From the NCBI GenBank assembly GCA_951406725.2, contig OX597823.1, positions 46,314,001-46,378,000 on the forward strand: a DNA stretch of 64,000 nucleotides, written 5' to 3'. The translations under genes and the position numbers were made by a program. Positions 40,921 through 53,830 of this stretch are shown here, one piece after another. Below the pieces are notes generated by a model. The model did no database searches and had not been told where the DNA came from. It saw only the letters and a program-made list of their open reading frames with translations. Numbering within the stretch: position 1 is the first letter of the stretch; each line of letters starts with the position of its first letter. This DNA comes from Octopus vulgaris (lineage: Eukaryota).

Positions 40921-42180
40921 ATATATATATATATATATATGTGTATGTATGTATGTATGAAGATAGGTAGGTCGGTAAGTTGGTAGCTAGGTAGACATAC
41001 CGATGGCATAGACATACATACTGAAATGCATACTACCAATATATGTATGTCAGAAGTAAGCCGTGTGCGTGTAAGAAGGAAGATGAACAATAATAACAAC
41101 AACTAAAACAACAGAAACAACATCAAAAAAATAAAAGAATGTAATGTGAAAAAAAGAATTTTCTTGAAACAAGATTGCTTTCTTCGTGCAGACATTATTA
41201 ATAACAAATGATATTAATAACAACAACAACAATAATAATAATAATAATAACAACAACATTACTTCACTCCCATCGCCCCCCCCCCCCGCCCCTAATCACC
41301 ATTATCATCATTATCACGATCAGTAATACTATAGCTGATTACACTACTACCACTACTACCACTACCACCGCCGCCGCCACCAACAACAGCAACAACAGCC
41401 AGAAGGAAAAAAAGGGGGAAAACAAAAAACAAAAACAAAAAGAAAGAAAGAAGCACAAGAGAGAGACTTTTAGCTAGTTTCAGGGTCAAATGGGTTGATT
41501 CATCTGTCAGAAATGAAAGAAAAGCATGTAATTTAATACAACAAGTAAAAAAAAAAACAAAAAAAAAATCCCCCCCAAAAAAAAATAAACGGAAAAATAA
41601 AAGTTCCCCCACCCCCACCTCTATCGTTCATCACCCCACCCTTCCTCCATCTCCAACGTTGGTACATTTAGCATAAAGAGATGCACGCACGATAACGATG
41701 GTAGGAGCAAAAGAGGCGGGAAGCGGCGGTGGTGATGGAGAATCCAGTGTGATTGAGTCGAGTCGGTCGGTGAATATATAAAGTGATATCATAAATTCTA
41801 ATATGAGCCTGACTGGCTGGCTTGCTGGCTTGCTTGCTTGCTGGGCTGGCTGGTTGGCTGTGCTGGCTTGTTTTAAGGCAGTCACATATGTAACCGAAAC
41901 AGACCTGTTGCTCACATGTCTTTCTTCATTTTTTGATTTTGTTTCTTATTTCCTTTTTTTTTCTTTCTTTCGTATGTTTTATTTTTTACTTGTTTGATTT
42001 GTTTTGTTTCGTTTTGTTTTTGTTTTTAATCTTTTTTCTTATGCTTTGTGTGCATTCATAAATACATAAGGACATACATATGTATATGCTAGTATTAAAT
42101 TGCCTATACAAGCATTTATATATATAGTTATATATATATATATATATATATATAACACATATATTATATATATATATTAA

Positions 42181-42243
<63 letters not shown>

Positions 42244-42374
42244 CATACATATATATATGTATTAAAATATGTATACAGAATATACATATACATACATGTG
42301 TATATATACAGCATGTATACACACAGACACACACAATTGCACGCATTGACAAACACACCTTTATGTATGTATTT

Positions 42375-42411
<37 letters not shown>

Positions 42412-42944
42412 GAAACGTGTGCATACACACACATACGTTCCGACACATTAACAGCATACAACGAAATGCTTAATAGAGACAATCAAAATAAGAATATAAC
42501 CAACCACAAACAAAATTGTAATTTTTTTTTTGTTTTAAACAACATAACTTTTTTTTATTTTTTACTTAAACAATGATGTTCTTCAGATTTGTAATATAAC
42601 TTGGTGAAGGTAAAAAAAAATATATACACGGTTGAAAGACTGTTTACAGTTTAAGATCAGAGGTCGAAAGAAGTTACTTTTCACCTTCAGATTTCATGGT
42701 ATACAGGAAATTTGTGGAAAAAGTGTATCGATGCTTCGATTCTTTTCTTTTTTTTTTTTTTAATTAATTATTTTCTTTTTATGTGTTCCAGTTTAGATAT
42801 TATAAACTAAAGTATGTTAGTTAAACAACATAGTGCATGTTGTTATAGAATGACTGGTATCAATCCAGTGATTTATTCACGCAAACTTCATGTTTAAGTG
42901 TATGATGCTATCTGATAGGATACTCGATGTAGGAAGCCAAGATA

Positions 42945-43987
42945 AATGAATAGAAATAAGTAAATGCGCCCTTTTTAAAGCCTAGCCAGTCTCATGGGCC
43001 CGGTTTCCCGGTTTCTCTGGCGTATGTGTTCCCCAGCTGGACGGATGGCCAGTCCATCGCAGCGTTGCTCATTTTTGCCAGCTGAGTGGACTGGAGCAAC
43101 GTGAAATGAAGTGTTTTGCTCAAGAATACAACGCGCCGCCCGGTCCAGGAATAGAAACTACAATCTTTCGATCATGATGCTGATACCCTAACCAATAAGT
43201 TACGCGCCTCCACCTAGTAATAAATGTGCCCTTTTAAAGCCTAGCCAGGCTGATGGGACCGGTTCCCGGTTTCTATGGCGTATGTGTTCCCCAGCTGGGC
43301 GGGAAGCCAGTCCATCGCAGCGTTGCTCATTTTTGCCAGCTGAGTGGACTGGAGCAACGTGAAATGAAGTGTTTTGCTCAAGAATACAACGCGCCGCCCG
43401 GTCCAGGAATAGAAACTACAATCTTTCGATCATGATGCTGATACCCTAACCAATAAGTTACGCGCCTCCACCTAGTAATAAATGTGCCCTTTTAAAGCCT
43501 AGCCAGGCTGATGGGACCGGTTCCCGGTTTCTATGGCGTATGTGTTCCCCAGCTGGGCGGATGGCCAGTCCATCGCAGCGTTGCTCATTTTTGCCAGCTG
43601 AGTGGACTGGAGCAACGTGAAATGAAGTGTTTTGCTCAAGAATACAACGCGCCGCCCGGTCCAGGAATAGAAACTACAATCTTTCGATCATGATGCTGAT
43701 ACCCTAACCAATAAGTTACGCGCCTCCACCTAGTAATAAATGTGCCCTTTTAAAGCCTAGCCAGGCTCATGGGACCGGTTTCCCGGTTTCTGTGGCGTAT
43801 GTGTTCCCCAGCTGGGCGGGAAGCCAGTCCATCGCAGCGTTGCTCATTTTTGCCAGCTGAGTGGACTGGAGCAACGTGAAATGAAGTGTTTTGCGCAAGA
43901 ACACAACGCGTCGCCCGGTGTAGGAATCGAAACCACAATCTTACGATCATGATGCTGACACCCTAACCACTAAACCACGCGCTCCAC
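42945..43987 (-). mobile_element. Tandem tetramer of a tRNA/CORE-like SINE (258-bp period) flanked by a single 14-bp TSD
   Basis: Units start at ~42961, 43221, 43478 and 43737; AGGAAGCCAAGATA at 42931-42944 and 43988-44001; minus strand has a tRNA-like head and ctgcgatggactggc. Confidence 0.93.
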
Positions 43988-44044
43988 AGGAAGCCAAGAT
44001 ATTTAAATTAATTAAAATTACATCTTCAATAACTCTTAAGTTTT

Positions 44045-44490
44045 CCGATGTGCTAACGATTCGGGCAGCTCGCCGCCTTAAGTAATAACCTTTGCTAATC
44101 TTTTCTGCTATATTGGCACTAGGCCTGAAATTTTGTGGCGAAGGGTATCACGAGGAGATGAAACGCAAATGCGACCTCGGTGGAATTTTAAAACTTAAAA
44201 CGTAAAGACAGACCAAACGCTGCTAAATATCTTGTTCTGTGTGCGAACGATTCTGTGAGCTCACCGCCTTACACACCCATTATAGCGGTTTCAAATTTTG
44301 GCACGAATCCAACAATTTTGGGGAGGTGGGTAAATCGATTTCATCGACTGTTAGTATTCGACTGGTACTTATCTTATCCTTGAAAGATGAAAGGCAAAAT
44401 CGACCTCGAGAGCGTTTGAATTCAGAACACAAAGAAAGATGAAATACCGCTGAGAATTTTTTCCCGCCGTCGGCCAGCTGGCCACGTTAA
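44045..44490 (-). mobile_element. Degenerate SINE family A fragments
   Basis: gctaacgattc..gctcgccgcc; gatgaaaggcaaa.tcgacctcg. Confidence 0.7.
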
Positions 44491-44730
44491 GTATTTTGGT
44501 AATAATGTTAATCTCTGTATGTGTGAATACATTCTATACTTTTGTAAGGTAGGGGACGTGAAATTTTGAGATATTCAAGATTTTTTTTTTTACAGATATT
44601 AGCAATGGAATTAAAGGTAAAATTACTTCTATCGCAATCACGTCGACGAATTCCACCTGCTGGATCCTCAAAATACAGAGTTCTGATCAGGATAATTTCA
44701 ATATATTCTACTCATATATATATATATATA

Positions 44731-45008
44731 AGTTCGGCAAAATTTAGATTCAAATGAATATGGTACTTAAGTTAGATGCACCAGAATTTTGTATGGTGTA
44801 ATCCATATAAATCCATGGGGTGATTATAATCAAAATAAGCAACAAGAATATCTTCGGTAATTTGGTACGATCGTTTCACACTACATCATTTTATTAAACA
44901 TTGTAAACATTTAAAAGTGCTGTAATACTTACAATGTTTAATAAAATGTTGTAGCGTGAAACGATCGTACCAAATTACCGAAGATATTCTTGTTGCTTAT
45001 TTGATTAT
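44731..45008. mobile_element. (TA)n-embedded element with an ~80-bp-arm hairpin carrying HHR 3' half-sites
   Basis: Arms 44825-44906 and 44929-45008; each contains GAAA CGATCG TA CCAA on one strand; left part homologous to 55673-55783. Confidence 0.7.
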
Positions 45009-45034
45009 ATATATATATATATATATATGGTAAT

Positions 45035-45315
45035 ATCACACGATCGACCTATTCAATCGGATGTTGTTATACATTGCTGGTCACAATGTACTTTTCATCG
45101 TTTGATCTTTCGAACGATGCCGCCCCGCTGGTTAAGTCAGCACCCAATATTCCTCCTCGTCGGAATGGTATTCCGTCGCAGGGTTACCCATTTACATTTG
45201 AGTGAACTGGACAAACGTGAAATGAAGAGTTCGATCAGCAACACAATGCGTTGCCTGGTCTGGGAATCGAACCCACAATCTAGCCATCCTGAGTGCAGTA
45301 CCAGGCCACACGCTT
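45035..45315 (-). mobile_element. tRNA-derived SINE (C-related, alternative tail)
   Basis: gatgttg..acat.gctggtcacaatg..cccgctgg.taag..ggtctgggaatcgaa shared with 52770-53033. Confidence 0.75.
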
Positions 45316-46636
45316 TCACACACACACGTATCTGCAAACATCTGGTCAAGCTGCTCCCATGTTTCCACTGTCTTTAAGCCTATTGACCTAATATCACTAG
45401 CATGCTTCTCTCACATAGTTGAACTGATCAGAAATGGGTTGAACACAATTATCAATGACCAACCAGTGCAATAGCTTACATTCAATACATGATAGCGTCA
45501 GTAGGTAGATAGCATCGCTTCATTTTGATTCAGTGTTCCACAGCTGTTGTTTAACTGCAGATCAGCCGTCATGAAGTAAATTTATCAAAAACATTCTATC
45601 TTATATCTAAGATTATTCCGCATTGTATTCTGTCACTTGAGAACTTCCTTATTCCACATATTCTTATTGGTTTATGTCGGTAAGGTTATTTGGTGGAGAT
45701 GTTCCTGCTATTTCTATTATGTAGGTCGACCACGTAGCTACTCTCAAGTGATTCGTAGATATCGCCTCGCGAGCTCAGCTATTTCACAGCCAAACAAAAG
45801 CATAACATTCTGCAAGGCATTCAACTTCCTTGTGGTTATTCTTCAACACCGATAAAAGGTGCGTGGGTGTATGTGTTCGTGCATGTTTGTGCATGTCTGT
45901 CTGTGTATGTATGTGTATGTAAACCAATAATATGCATTCGTTATTCCAGTTATTGTTTTTTGTTTTAAACTTTCTTTTTCTAATGTCAAAGTGTGTGAAG
46001 TAATGGCAGTATTCATCACCTCATTCGGCTCTTCTGAGACTGGAGGAACGAAGGCAGGAAGAACTCTTTAAACAGAGTCCGAATACTTGAGCAAGAGTAG
46101 GCTCCGATATACTTCCTGGGGGTTAAAATCTTGGTGTTAAACCGCGGGAACAGATAAGGTCTAAACTACACACGAAACACAAATTTATGCTTGATTCTGA
46201 CTCACTAACATATTTTTTGTGTTGTGTGACTAATAAAAGTATACTTTGTTTCTGAACCATCTCGACGACACTGCTTGTGCCGTAATTACCATCTGTCGAC
46301 TAAATATAATCCATCGGCCATTTATATGCAAGAGTCGGTTTGAATATTTGTTAGTTAAATTATCATGGTTCGCTTAACGATAAAAACACAAGAGCACTGA
46401 CTGTAAACATCAATGTTATATTAAGATGTGTGAAGTTAGGCATGCAAATAACTTTCATTGGCTTCCGTCAAAAGTTATTGATGAAAAAGTATTAATCAAC
46501 AGTCTTTTTACGTAGTGTTTTATGGAGTGTTAATATTGTTGTGAATATTATTGTTCGTGGCGGGGGAAAAATATATAGCATTGAATTAAACGCAATTCAC
46601 AATCGAACAGCTTCACTTCAGTTCTGGGTTCAAATC

Positions 46637-47275
46637 TCACCAAGCTTAAACTTCATATGGATCTAGTCAAGTACGGGTTTTTCATTTACTCGATTGTATG
46701 TTTCCGTAAACTGTGTAGCATTCTGTCCATGTTTGACATCAATATCATTCATAGAATTGTTAAGGCGGCGAGCTGGCAGAAAACGTTATTCGCCGAACAA
46801 AAGGCTTAGCGGCCCTCCTTCATTTGTCTTTTTCAATTTGAGTTCACATTCTGCCGAGGTCGTCTTTGCTTTTTATCCTTTCGGGGTCGATAAAATAATT
46901 ACCAATTGAAATAATGAGGTCGATCTAATCTACTTATTTCCTTCACCAAGCTTAAACTTCATATGTCCTCATTCTGGATTGATAAAATAAAGATCTAGTC
47001 AAGTACGGGTTTTTCATTTACTCGATTGTATGTTTCCGTAAACTGTGTAGCATTATGTCCATGTTTGACATCAATATCATTCATAGAATTGTTAAGGCGG
47101 CGAGCTGGCAGAAAACGTTATTCGCCGAACAAAAGGCTTAGCGGCCCTTCTTCATTTGTCTTTACAATTTGAGTTCACATTCTGCCGAGGTCGTCTTTGC
47201 TTTTTATCCTTTCGGGGTCGATAAAATAATTACCAATTGAAATAATGAGGTCGATCTAATCTACTTATTTCCTTC
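46637..47275 (+). repeat. Local tandem duplication (~306-bp period) containing SINE family A copies
   Basis: Near-identical units starting tcaccaagcttaaacttcatatg at 46637 and 46943; copy 1 lacks ~27 bp. Confidence 0.92.
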
Positions 47276-47629
47276 CTCAAAATTGCTGGCCTTGTGCCTC
47301 CGATAGAAAAGATTATTAATCGAGTTGTTTGGTGAAAATTGTAGGGGTCGTTGAATTGAATGCAATTACCGTATTTTCTCTTTTCCTCCAATTCAGTCTC
47401 AACTGAACCACACACCCCTCCATCCCACTTCTCCCCATCAGTCCTCATCGAATGATAAAGTAACTGGAATGATTCAGATAACTTTACTCTAAAATACTGG
47501 CTCTTTGTAACAATGCAAGATGGTAGAGGCAGCAAAATCAGTGGTGGTGGTGGTGGTGGTGGTGGTGGTAGTGGTAGTGGTAGTGGTGGTGGTGGTGGTA
47601 CGAGAAGGATGAAGAGGGGCTTTCTTTTC

Positions 47630-47892
47630 TAAGGAAGGACGGGAGAAGAGGAGGGAGAAGAGGAAGGGGAAAGATGAAGAGATGGAGGAAGAAGAGAAGG
47701 AAGAGGAAGGGGAGAAGAGAAGGAGAAGGAGGAGGAAGAAGAAGGACGGGAGAAGAAGAGAAGAAAGAAGAGAAGGAAGAGGAAAGGGAGAAGAAGAGGA
47801 GAAGGAAGAGGAAAGAGAGAAGAAGAAGAAGAGGAGGAGAAGGAGACGGAGGAGGAGAAGGAGACGGAGGAGGGGAGGGGAGGAGGAGGAGG
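47630..47892. repeat. Polypurine (GAA/GGA) low-complexity tract, preceded by (GGT)n at 47541-47599
   Basis: Direct. Confidence 0.9.
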
Positions 47893-49413
47893 TATGTACC
47901 AGGAGTCTAGTAAAACATTGATGTCTCTACATTTGGTATCAAATTTCGATCTGGTGCCAAATCGATGTTCAACCATAGTTTTAATTACTCTAGGACTGAT
48001 AAAATAACGTACTTGTAAATGCACAAGTGTTGTTTCAGTTGACCTCAAACCCAATCTTGAATTATTTTTCATTGTCTCACGTTAAAAACGAATCCATTAC
48101 TCATATTGTAACGGAATATTATATCACCGGATTAAATGAAATTTCGTTATGGTTTGATCTTAAGGAAAAGGATGCATTAGGACCTTAGAAAACCTTCCGT
48201 GATCAGTGATATCGACACAGCAAATATCCCATTTAAACAGCTGAATTCCTGATGGATTCATGAAAAATATAAGCAAGGAATGGAACTTCAGGGTTTAATG
48301 TTCTGCGGGATAAGGAGTGAAGTAGAGTGGAGTAAATTTCTGGTTAATTGAAATGGTTAGTATGAAACCCGGGGTGAGCGGGGTATGACGTTACAAAAAT
48401 GGGTGACAGAGGAAGGAATGCCTATGTAGGGGTGAGGGTAGGATCAGAAGATCAAATGACACAGAAGTCGTGTAAAAAAAAATGCAATAGTACAGTAGTT
48501 TTTAGTTTCCTCGTTTTGTAATTTTAATTTCAAAGAAAGCATCAGGATCGATTTTGCTTCTTCAAGATCGATAATAAAAACACCGACAAAATACAAAAAT
48601 CTAAACAGTTGATTATAGATCTTGTTTCCTTCTCTCAAATCCGTATGGAGCATGAGCCCATTATCAATAATGTAGCAAGGAATCAGTCCTAAACAGAATC
48701 AATCAGTTATTTGAATAAATAACAGTAATGTACTAGGTTGAATTATTTACTTGAGATTTGTACGAATTACGGTATTGACGAATCAAAAATTTATCTAGAA
48801 AGTATGGGCTTAGGAGAACTATTACAATTTCATATCATGATCTATTGAAATATCGACGACGTGCAAACAAAGGGACCCTTTTCGTTGTTCCTCGACTTAC
48901 TACACATAACACTGGAATTTCTTTTATATTTCTTTTAAAAACGACACGCTAGTGATGTACTATTAGGAACACTATGTCTCAAAGATACGGATTACACAAC
49001 TATGGAACTGGCAGCTTCATCGGGACTGATCTGGACTAAACAATAAAAAATGCCAAAATGTAAGAAACTGGTGATGGTGGTGGTGGTGGTAACCTGAGAA
49101 GGATGAAGCTTTCAACTTATGAAGGTCACAGGAGGTCTCATATAATAAGTTGAATACTAGGTCAGCAGAGATTAATTAAGCAATCAGAAGGCAAAAAAAA
49201 TTCTAATTAAACTGCTATAAATCTGAGACGAAGAAGCAAAAGAGATAGCTGTAATAAATAAGATCAGCCAGTTGTAATTATTGGACAATGTAGGTCATAA
49301 AAGGCAACAGATGATAACAACTTACATGTTTCGTTCTTATTAAACCTTCTCTGCGAAATATATACTACTCACCTGGCAAGATTGTGTTTAATATGTACAA
49401 GAATACAAAAGGG

Positions 49414-49600
49414 TAGGTGAGTTGGCAGAAGCGTTAGCACACTAGAGAAAATGCTTAGCGCTATTTCGTCCCGTCTTTAAGTTCTGAGTTCAAATTTCGC
49501 CGAGGTCGACTTTGCCTTTGTTCCTGCCTCTGTGGATAAATTAATTATTAGCTGAGCACTGGGGTCAAACTTGCAGGTCTTGTGTCACAATTTGAAATCA
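49414..49600 (+). mobile_element. SINE family A, degenerate
   Basis: ggtgagttggcagaagcgttagcac..ctgagttcaaattt.gccgaggtcgactttgcc. Confidence 0.8.
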
Positions 49601-49940
49601 ATATGTCTAGAAATAAAGGGAATGTAATTACATAGATTGTAAAGACCAGATCTTCTCTCCTCTTCATTGTCTACACTGTGCAAAGTTTTCTCGATCAGTT
49701 CGTCGTAAAGTTATTACCATAAGTTGATTTTAAGCATCCCTACAGAGACGTAGTATGACAATGGCTAAAGTAATCGCAGTTGATTGAACCGTTTCGGTTT
49801 AGTCTCTTACATACATGAGATGCTGTTACAAACATTTTTGTAGCGAACAGATGGTTCCACTGAGGTGCATTATTGATAGTCATAATCATTGATACTACAT
49901 TCTCTCTCTCACTCTTAACATGTTTGTATATATATACATA

Positions 49941-50063
49941 CACTTGCGTCAGAAATTAATTAGCACTTCTCAAATTTCTACATTAAATAGGTTAAATCAA
50001 TTGACAGCACATACCTTGAGTGAAGAGCAAATCAAGGGTGCTAATTAATTTCTGACGGTAGTG
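49941..50063. mobile_element. 123-bp Tc1/mariner-type MITE with 26-bp TIRs and TA TSD
   Basis: TA|CACTTGCGTCAGAAATTAATTAGCAC ... GTGCTAATTAATTTCTGACGGTAGTG|TA. Confidence 0.85.
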
Positions 50064-50067
50064 TATA

Positions 50068-50500
50068 GGCGTAGGAGTGGCTGTATGGTAAGTAGCTTGC
50101 TTACCAACCACATGGTTCCGCGTTCACTCCCACTGCCTGGCACCTTGGGCAAGTGTCTTCTCCTATAGCCTCGGGCCGACCAAAGTCTTGCGAGTGGATT
50201 TGGTAGACGGAAACTGAAAGAAGCCCGTCGTATATATGTATATCTGTGTGTGTTTGTGTGTGTGTGTGTGTGTGTGCGTGTTCATGTGTCTATGTTTGTC
50301 CCCCCCCAACATCGCTTGAAAACCGATGCTTGTGTGTTTACGTCCCCGTAACTTAGCGGTTCGGCGAAAGAGACCGATAGAGTAAGTACTAGGCTTACAA
50401 CGACTAAGTCCTGCGGTCGATTTGCTCGACTAAAGGCGGCGGTGCTCCAGCATGGCCACAGTCAAATGACTGAAACAAGTAAAAGAGAAAGGGGAGTAAA
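50068..50500 (+). mobile_element. Full-length SINE family B (tRNA head, CORE-like ccttgggcaagtgtctt, internal TA/TG microsatellite, 3' tail)
   Basis: GGCGTAGGAGTGGCTGTATGGTAAG..GTTCACTCCC..; more than 10 related copies in the window. Confidence 0.92.
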
Positions 50501-50619
50501 GAGAGAGTATATATGTGTGCGTGTGTGCGTGTGTGTGTATGTGTGTGTGAGAGAGAGCGTTTATTTGTACATCAAATCATATGTAAAATCAATTTAACAG
50601 TTTTCGGCGAGTTTTTATT

Positions 50620-50924
50620 GGCTTCAAACTTTTAGCACAAGGCCAGCAAGTTTGGGGAGAGTAGGTAAGTCGATTACGTCGACCCTAGTATTTAACTGGT
50701 ACTTATTTTATCGACTCCGAAAGGATGAAAGGCAAAGTCTAACTCGGTGGAATTTATACTCTGAACGTAAAGACGGATGTGCTAACGATTCTACCTGCTC
50801 GCCGCCCCTTCTAGATTCATACCAATTAGTTTTTTTTATTAATCATATTAATTAATTTTTTTTAAGGAAATGGTCGACTGTTTAGACAGGGAGCACCAGA
50901 CTGCATTATCTACAGTGTCAAATA

Positions 50925-50971
<47 letters not shown>

Positions 50972-51510
50972 TGTGCGTGCGTGCGTGTGTGTGTGAAAGT
51001 CGGCGAGCTGGCAGAAACGTCAGCACGCCGGGTGAAATGCTTAGCGGTATTTCGTCTGTCCTTCGTCTGTATTTCGTTCTGAGTTCAAATTACGTCGAGG
51101 TCGACTTTGGCTTTCATCCTCTCGGGGTCGATAAATTAAGTACTAGTTGCATACTGGGGTCGATCTAATCGACCCCACAGCAAAAATTTCGGGCCTTGTG
51201 CCTAGAGTATAAAAGAATGTGTGCGTGTGCATGTGTGTATGTTTGTGTATGATTCTTAGTCTTCCCAGCTGAGTAGACGAAATACCTATTTCTTTATTAC
51301 CCACAAGGGGCTAAACATAGAGGTGACAAACAAAGACAGACATAGGTATTAAGTCGATTACATTGACCCCAGTGCGTAACTGGTATTTGATTTATCGACC
51401 CTGAAAGGCAAAGTCGACCTCGGCGGAATTTAAACTCAGAACGTAGCGGCAGACGAAATACCGCTAAGCACTTCGCCCGGCGTGCTAACGTTTCTGCCAG
51501 CTCGCCGCCT
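50620..51510. mobile_element. Cluster of three SINE family A copies (50620-50806 minus, 51001-51218 plus, 51275-51510 minus)
   Basis: Direct similarity to 4729-4958. Confidence 0.88.
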
Positions 51511-51801
51511 TGTTATAAACAAATAAATACTAATAGAATAAATATATATAAAATGCAAACAATAAACGTATTGAAGCAAACAGTTGATAACAATTTAAGA
51601 AGAAAATGGTAAATGTTAACATGAAATCCAATGAAAAAGATGTGACAATGTTAGAAACATTTTAAAAGTAACATTAAAGATTTGAAATGATAAATGTTTA
51701 TTTCTTATTACAAATTATAAAACATTTAGTCAACAGTACATGATGAAAATACGAGGTAACACGTTTGTGAATTGACAAAATGTTTAGTGTTGTATAGTGA
51801 A

Positions 51802-52100
51802 AGGTGCGTGGTTCAGTGGTTAGGCTATTAAGCTCACGATAGTAAGGTCATGAGTTCGATATCCTGAGGTACCTTGTGTCTTTGAGCAACATATTTTATT
51901 TCACATTAATCCAGTCCTCTCAGCTGACATAAATGAGTAGCACTTGTAATTCAAAGGGCCAACCTTGTCACATTGTCACATTCCGGGTCACGCTGAATCT
52001 CCTTCAAAACCACGTTAAGGAATATTTGTTTCTGTGCTGTACTCAGCCACATGCACGTTAATTCCACGAGCAGATTGATCTGATGATCGCATCAACTGAA
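51802..52100 (+). mobile_element. tRNA-derived SINE (C-related head), degenerate
   Basis: ggtgcgtggttcagtggttagg..gagttcgatatcc..ttgagcaa..ttatttcac..ccagt..ctcagctg. Confidence 0.72.
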
Positions 52101-52141
52101 ACGCACGCAGTGCCAGTTTAGTGTCTGATAAAGTGCTTTGC

Positions 52142-52181
<40 letters not shown>

Positions 52182-52292
52182 GCACACAAAGTATTGGAGT
52201 TTAGTTCACAGGTGATCTAAACGATTAGGTATTCTAGGTAAGCGTTGCAACGGAATACTAGGGCTCCAAGGTTATAGCCGAGACAGTAGTTA

Positions 52293-52513
52293 TGGCAGAA
52301 ACGTTAGCACGCCGGGCGAAATGCGTAGCCGTATTTCGTCTGCCGTTACGTTCTGAGTTCAAATTCCGCCGTGGTCGACTTTGCCTTTCATCCTTTCGGG
52401 GTCGATAAATTAAGTACCAGTTACGCACTGGGGTCGATGTAATCGACTTAATACGTTTGTCTGTCCTTGTTTGTTCCCTCTGTGCTTGGCCCCTTGTGGG
52501 TAGTAAAGAAATA
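52293..52513 (+). mobile_element. SINE family A with 11-bp TSD
   Basis: AGTAGTTATGG at 52285-52295 and 52514-52524. Confidence 0.92.
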
Positions 52514-52639
52514 AGTAGTTATGGAGTTATTACAGATTTCCGATGCAGCGAATGTATAATTGTTAAAGAAGACAACAAACGTTAAGGCAGGGCAAACATC
52601 TCAAGTCATATACTTTATTATTATTGGAAAAAGTTCAAA

Positions 52640-52695
52640 GTCTTACAGCTGTTTCTGGGACATCCCAAAGTATGGAATACTCCGTCATCAAAGAC
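52640..52695 (-). ncRNA. Putative hammerhead ribozyme with 8-nt palindromic stem III
   Basis: Minus: GUCU UUGAUGA (imperfect 29-nt stem-loop II) GAAA CAGCUG UA/AGAC; C3U variant; ACAGCUGU palindrome. Confidence 0.62.
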
Positions 52696-52769
52696 AAAGA
52701 GGGAAAATGAGAAGGGTGCATGTTAATGAAATGACAACAGAGGAAGGGAGTACTAACAATGTATACATC

Positions 52770-53033
52770 ACCGTGACCGAACAGGCTAACAGATGTTGCT
52801 AAACATCGCTGGTCACAATGCGCTTCGCATTGTTTTAGCCTTCAAATGACGCCATCCCGCTGGCTAAGCGAGCAAGCCAACACAAGAAAGAGTGAGAGTT
52901 GTGGCGAAAGAGTACAGCCGGAGCCTCGTGGAGCTTTAGGTTTTTTTCGCTCAATAAACATTCACAATGCCCGGTCTGGGAATCGAAACCACGATCCTAC
53001 GACCGCGAGTCCGCTGCCCTAACCACTGGGCCA
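52770..53033 (-). mobile_element. tRNA-derived SINE (same tail as 45035-45315)
   Basis: Minus head TGGCCCAGTGGTTAGGGCAGCGGACTCGCGGTCG..GGTTTCGATTCCC. Confidence 0.8.
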
Positions 53034-53067
53034 TATGTATGTATATATATGTATATATATGTATATA

Positions 53068-53121
<54 letters not shown>

Positions 53122-53153
53122 CATATATCTATATCTATATATACATACATATA

Positions 53154-53670
53154 TCTATATCTATAAAACTGTAGTTGTGTGAGTGTCTGTCTCCTACGAT
53201 TTAGATTCCTAACTCCTCCCACATTTTGCGGTGCAGTTTAACCAAATTCGGGTATCTTATAGTCGTAATTCATATCGAGCCCGTCTGGCTATTAGCGCGC
53301 GTCTACGATGAGTCTACGATTTAAAAAATAATTTAACATCATTTTTTATTCCATTTTAATGCATCATTTTTCGTGTGTCGATGGCGGCGGAGTTGGCGTC
53401 CACGCTCAAACACCTGCACCTGTGTTTGCTTCTCCCCCTTCTTCCCTCCCTCATGAAGCTGTGGGGAAGGGAGTTTAAGGAAATCAACGTCGTAATGCGT
53501 TGTCAAGGAGACCAGCGTTCTTTTAGAACAACGACTTCATGTCTTGAAGACACCAAAACAGAAATGGCTAAGAAAGCCCGAATTGGCATCTATAAAGGAA
53601 GTAACTCTCTAAAAATGCTTATATAGTTATTTCCCTTACAAACCCGAGCAACGCCGGGCGATACTGCTAG
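53154..53670 (+). mobile_element. Non-autonomous Helitron (~517 bp)
   Basis: A|TC 5' end (TCTATATCTATAAAA), subterminal hairpin CCCGAGCAACGCCGGG, 3' CTAG|T; no TSD. Confidence 0.85.

Positions 53671-53830
<160 letters not shown>

Noticed and set aside
42945-43987. Regular repeat array as a CRISPR array, or repeated 60-aa genes
   Set aside because: Units are whole 258-bp SINE copies with no unique spacers and no cas genes; the context is eukaryotic.
47629-48072. Ser/Pro-rich and Arg/Glu-rich ORFs
   Set aside because: They arise from a polypurine low-complexity tract open in several frames.
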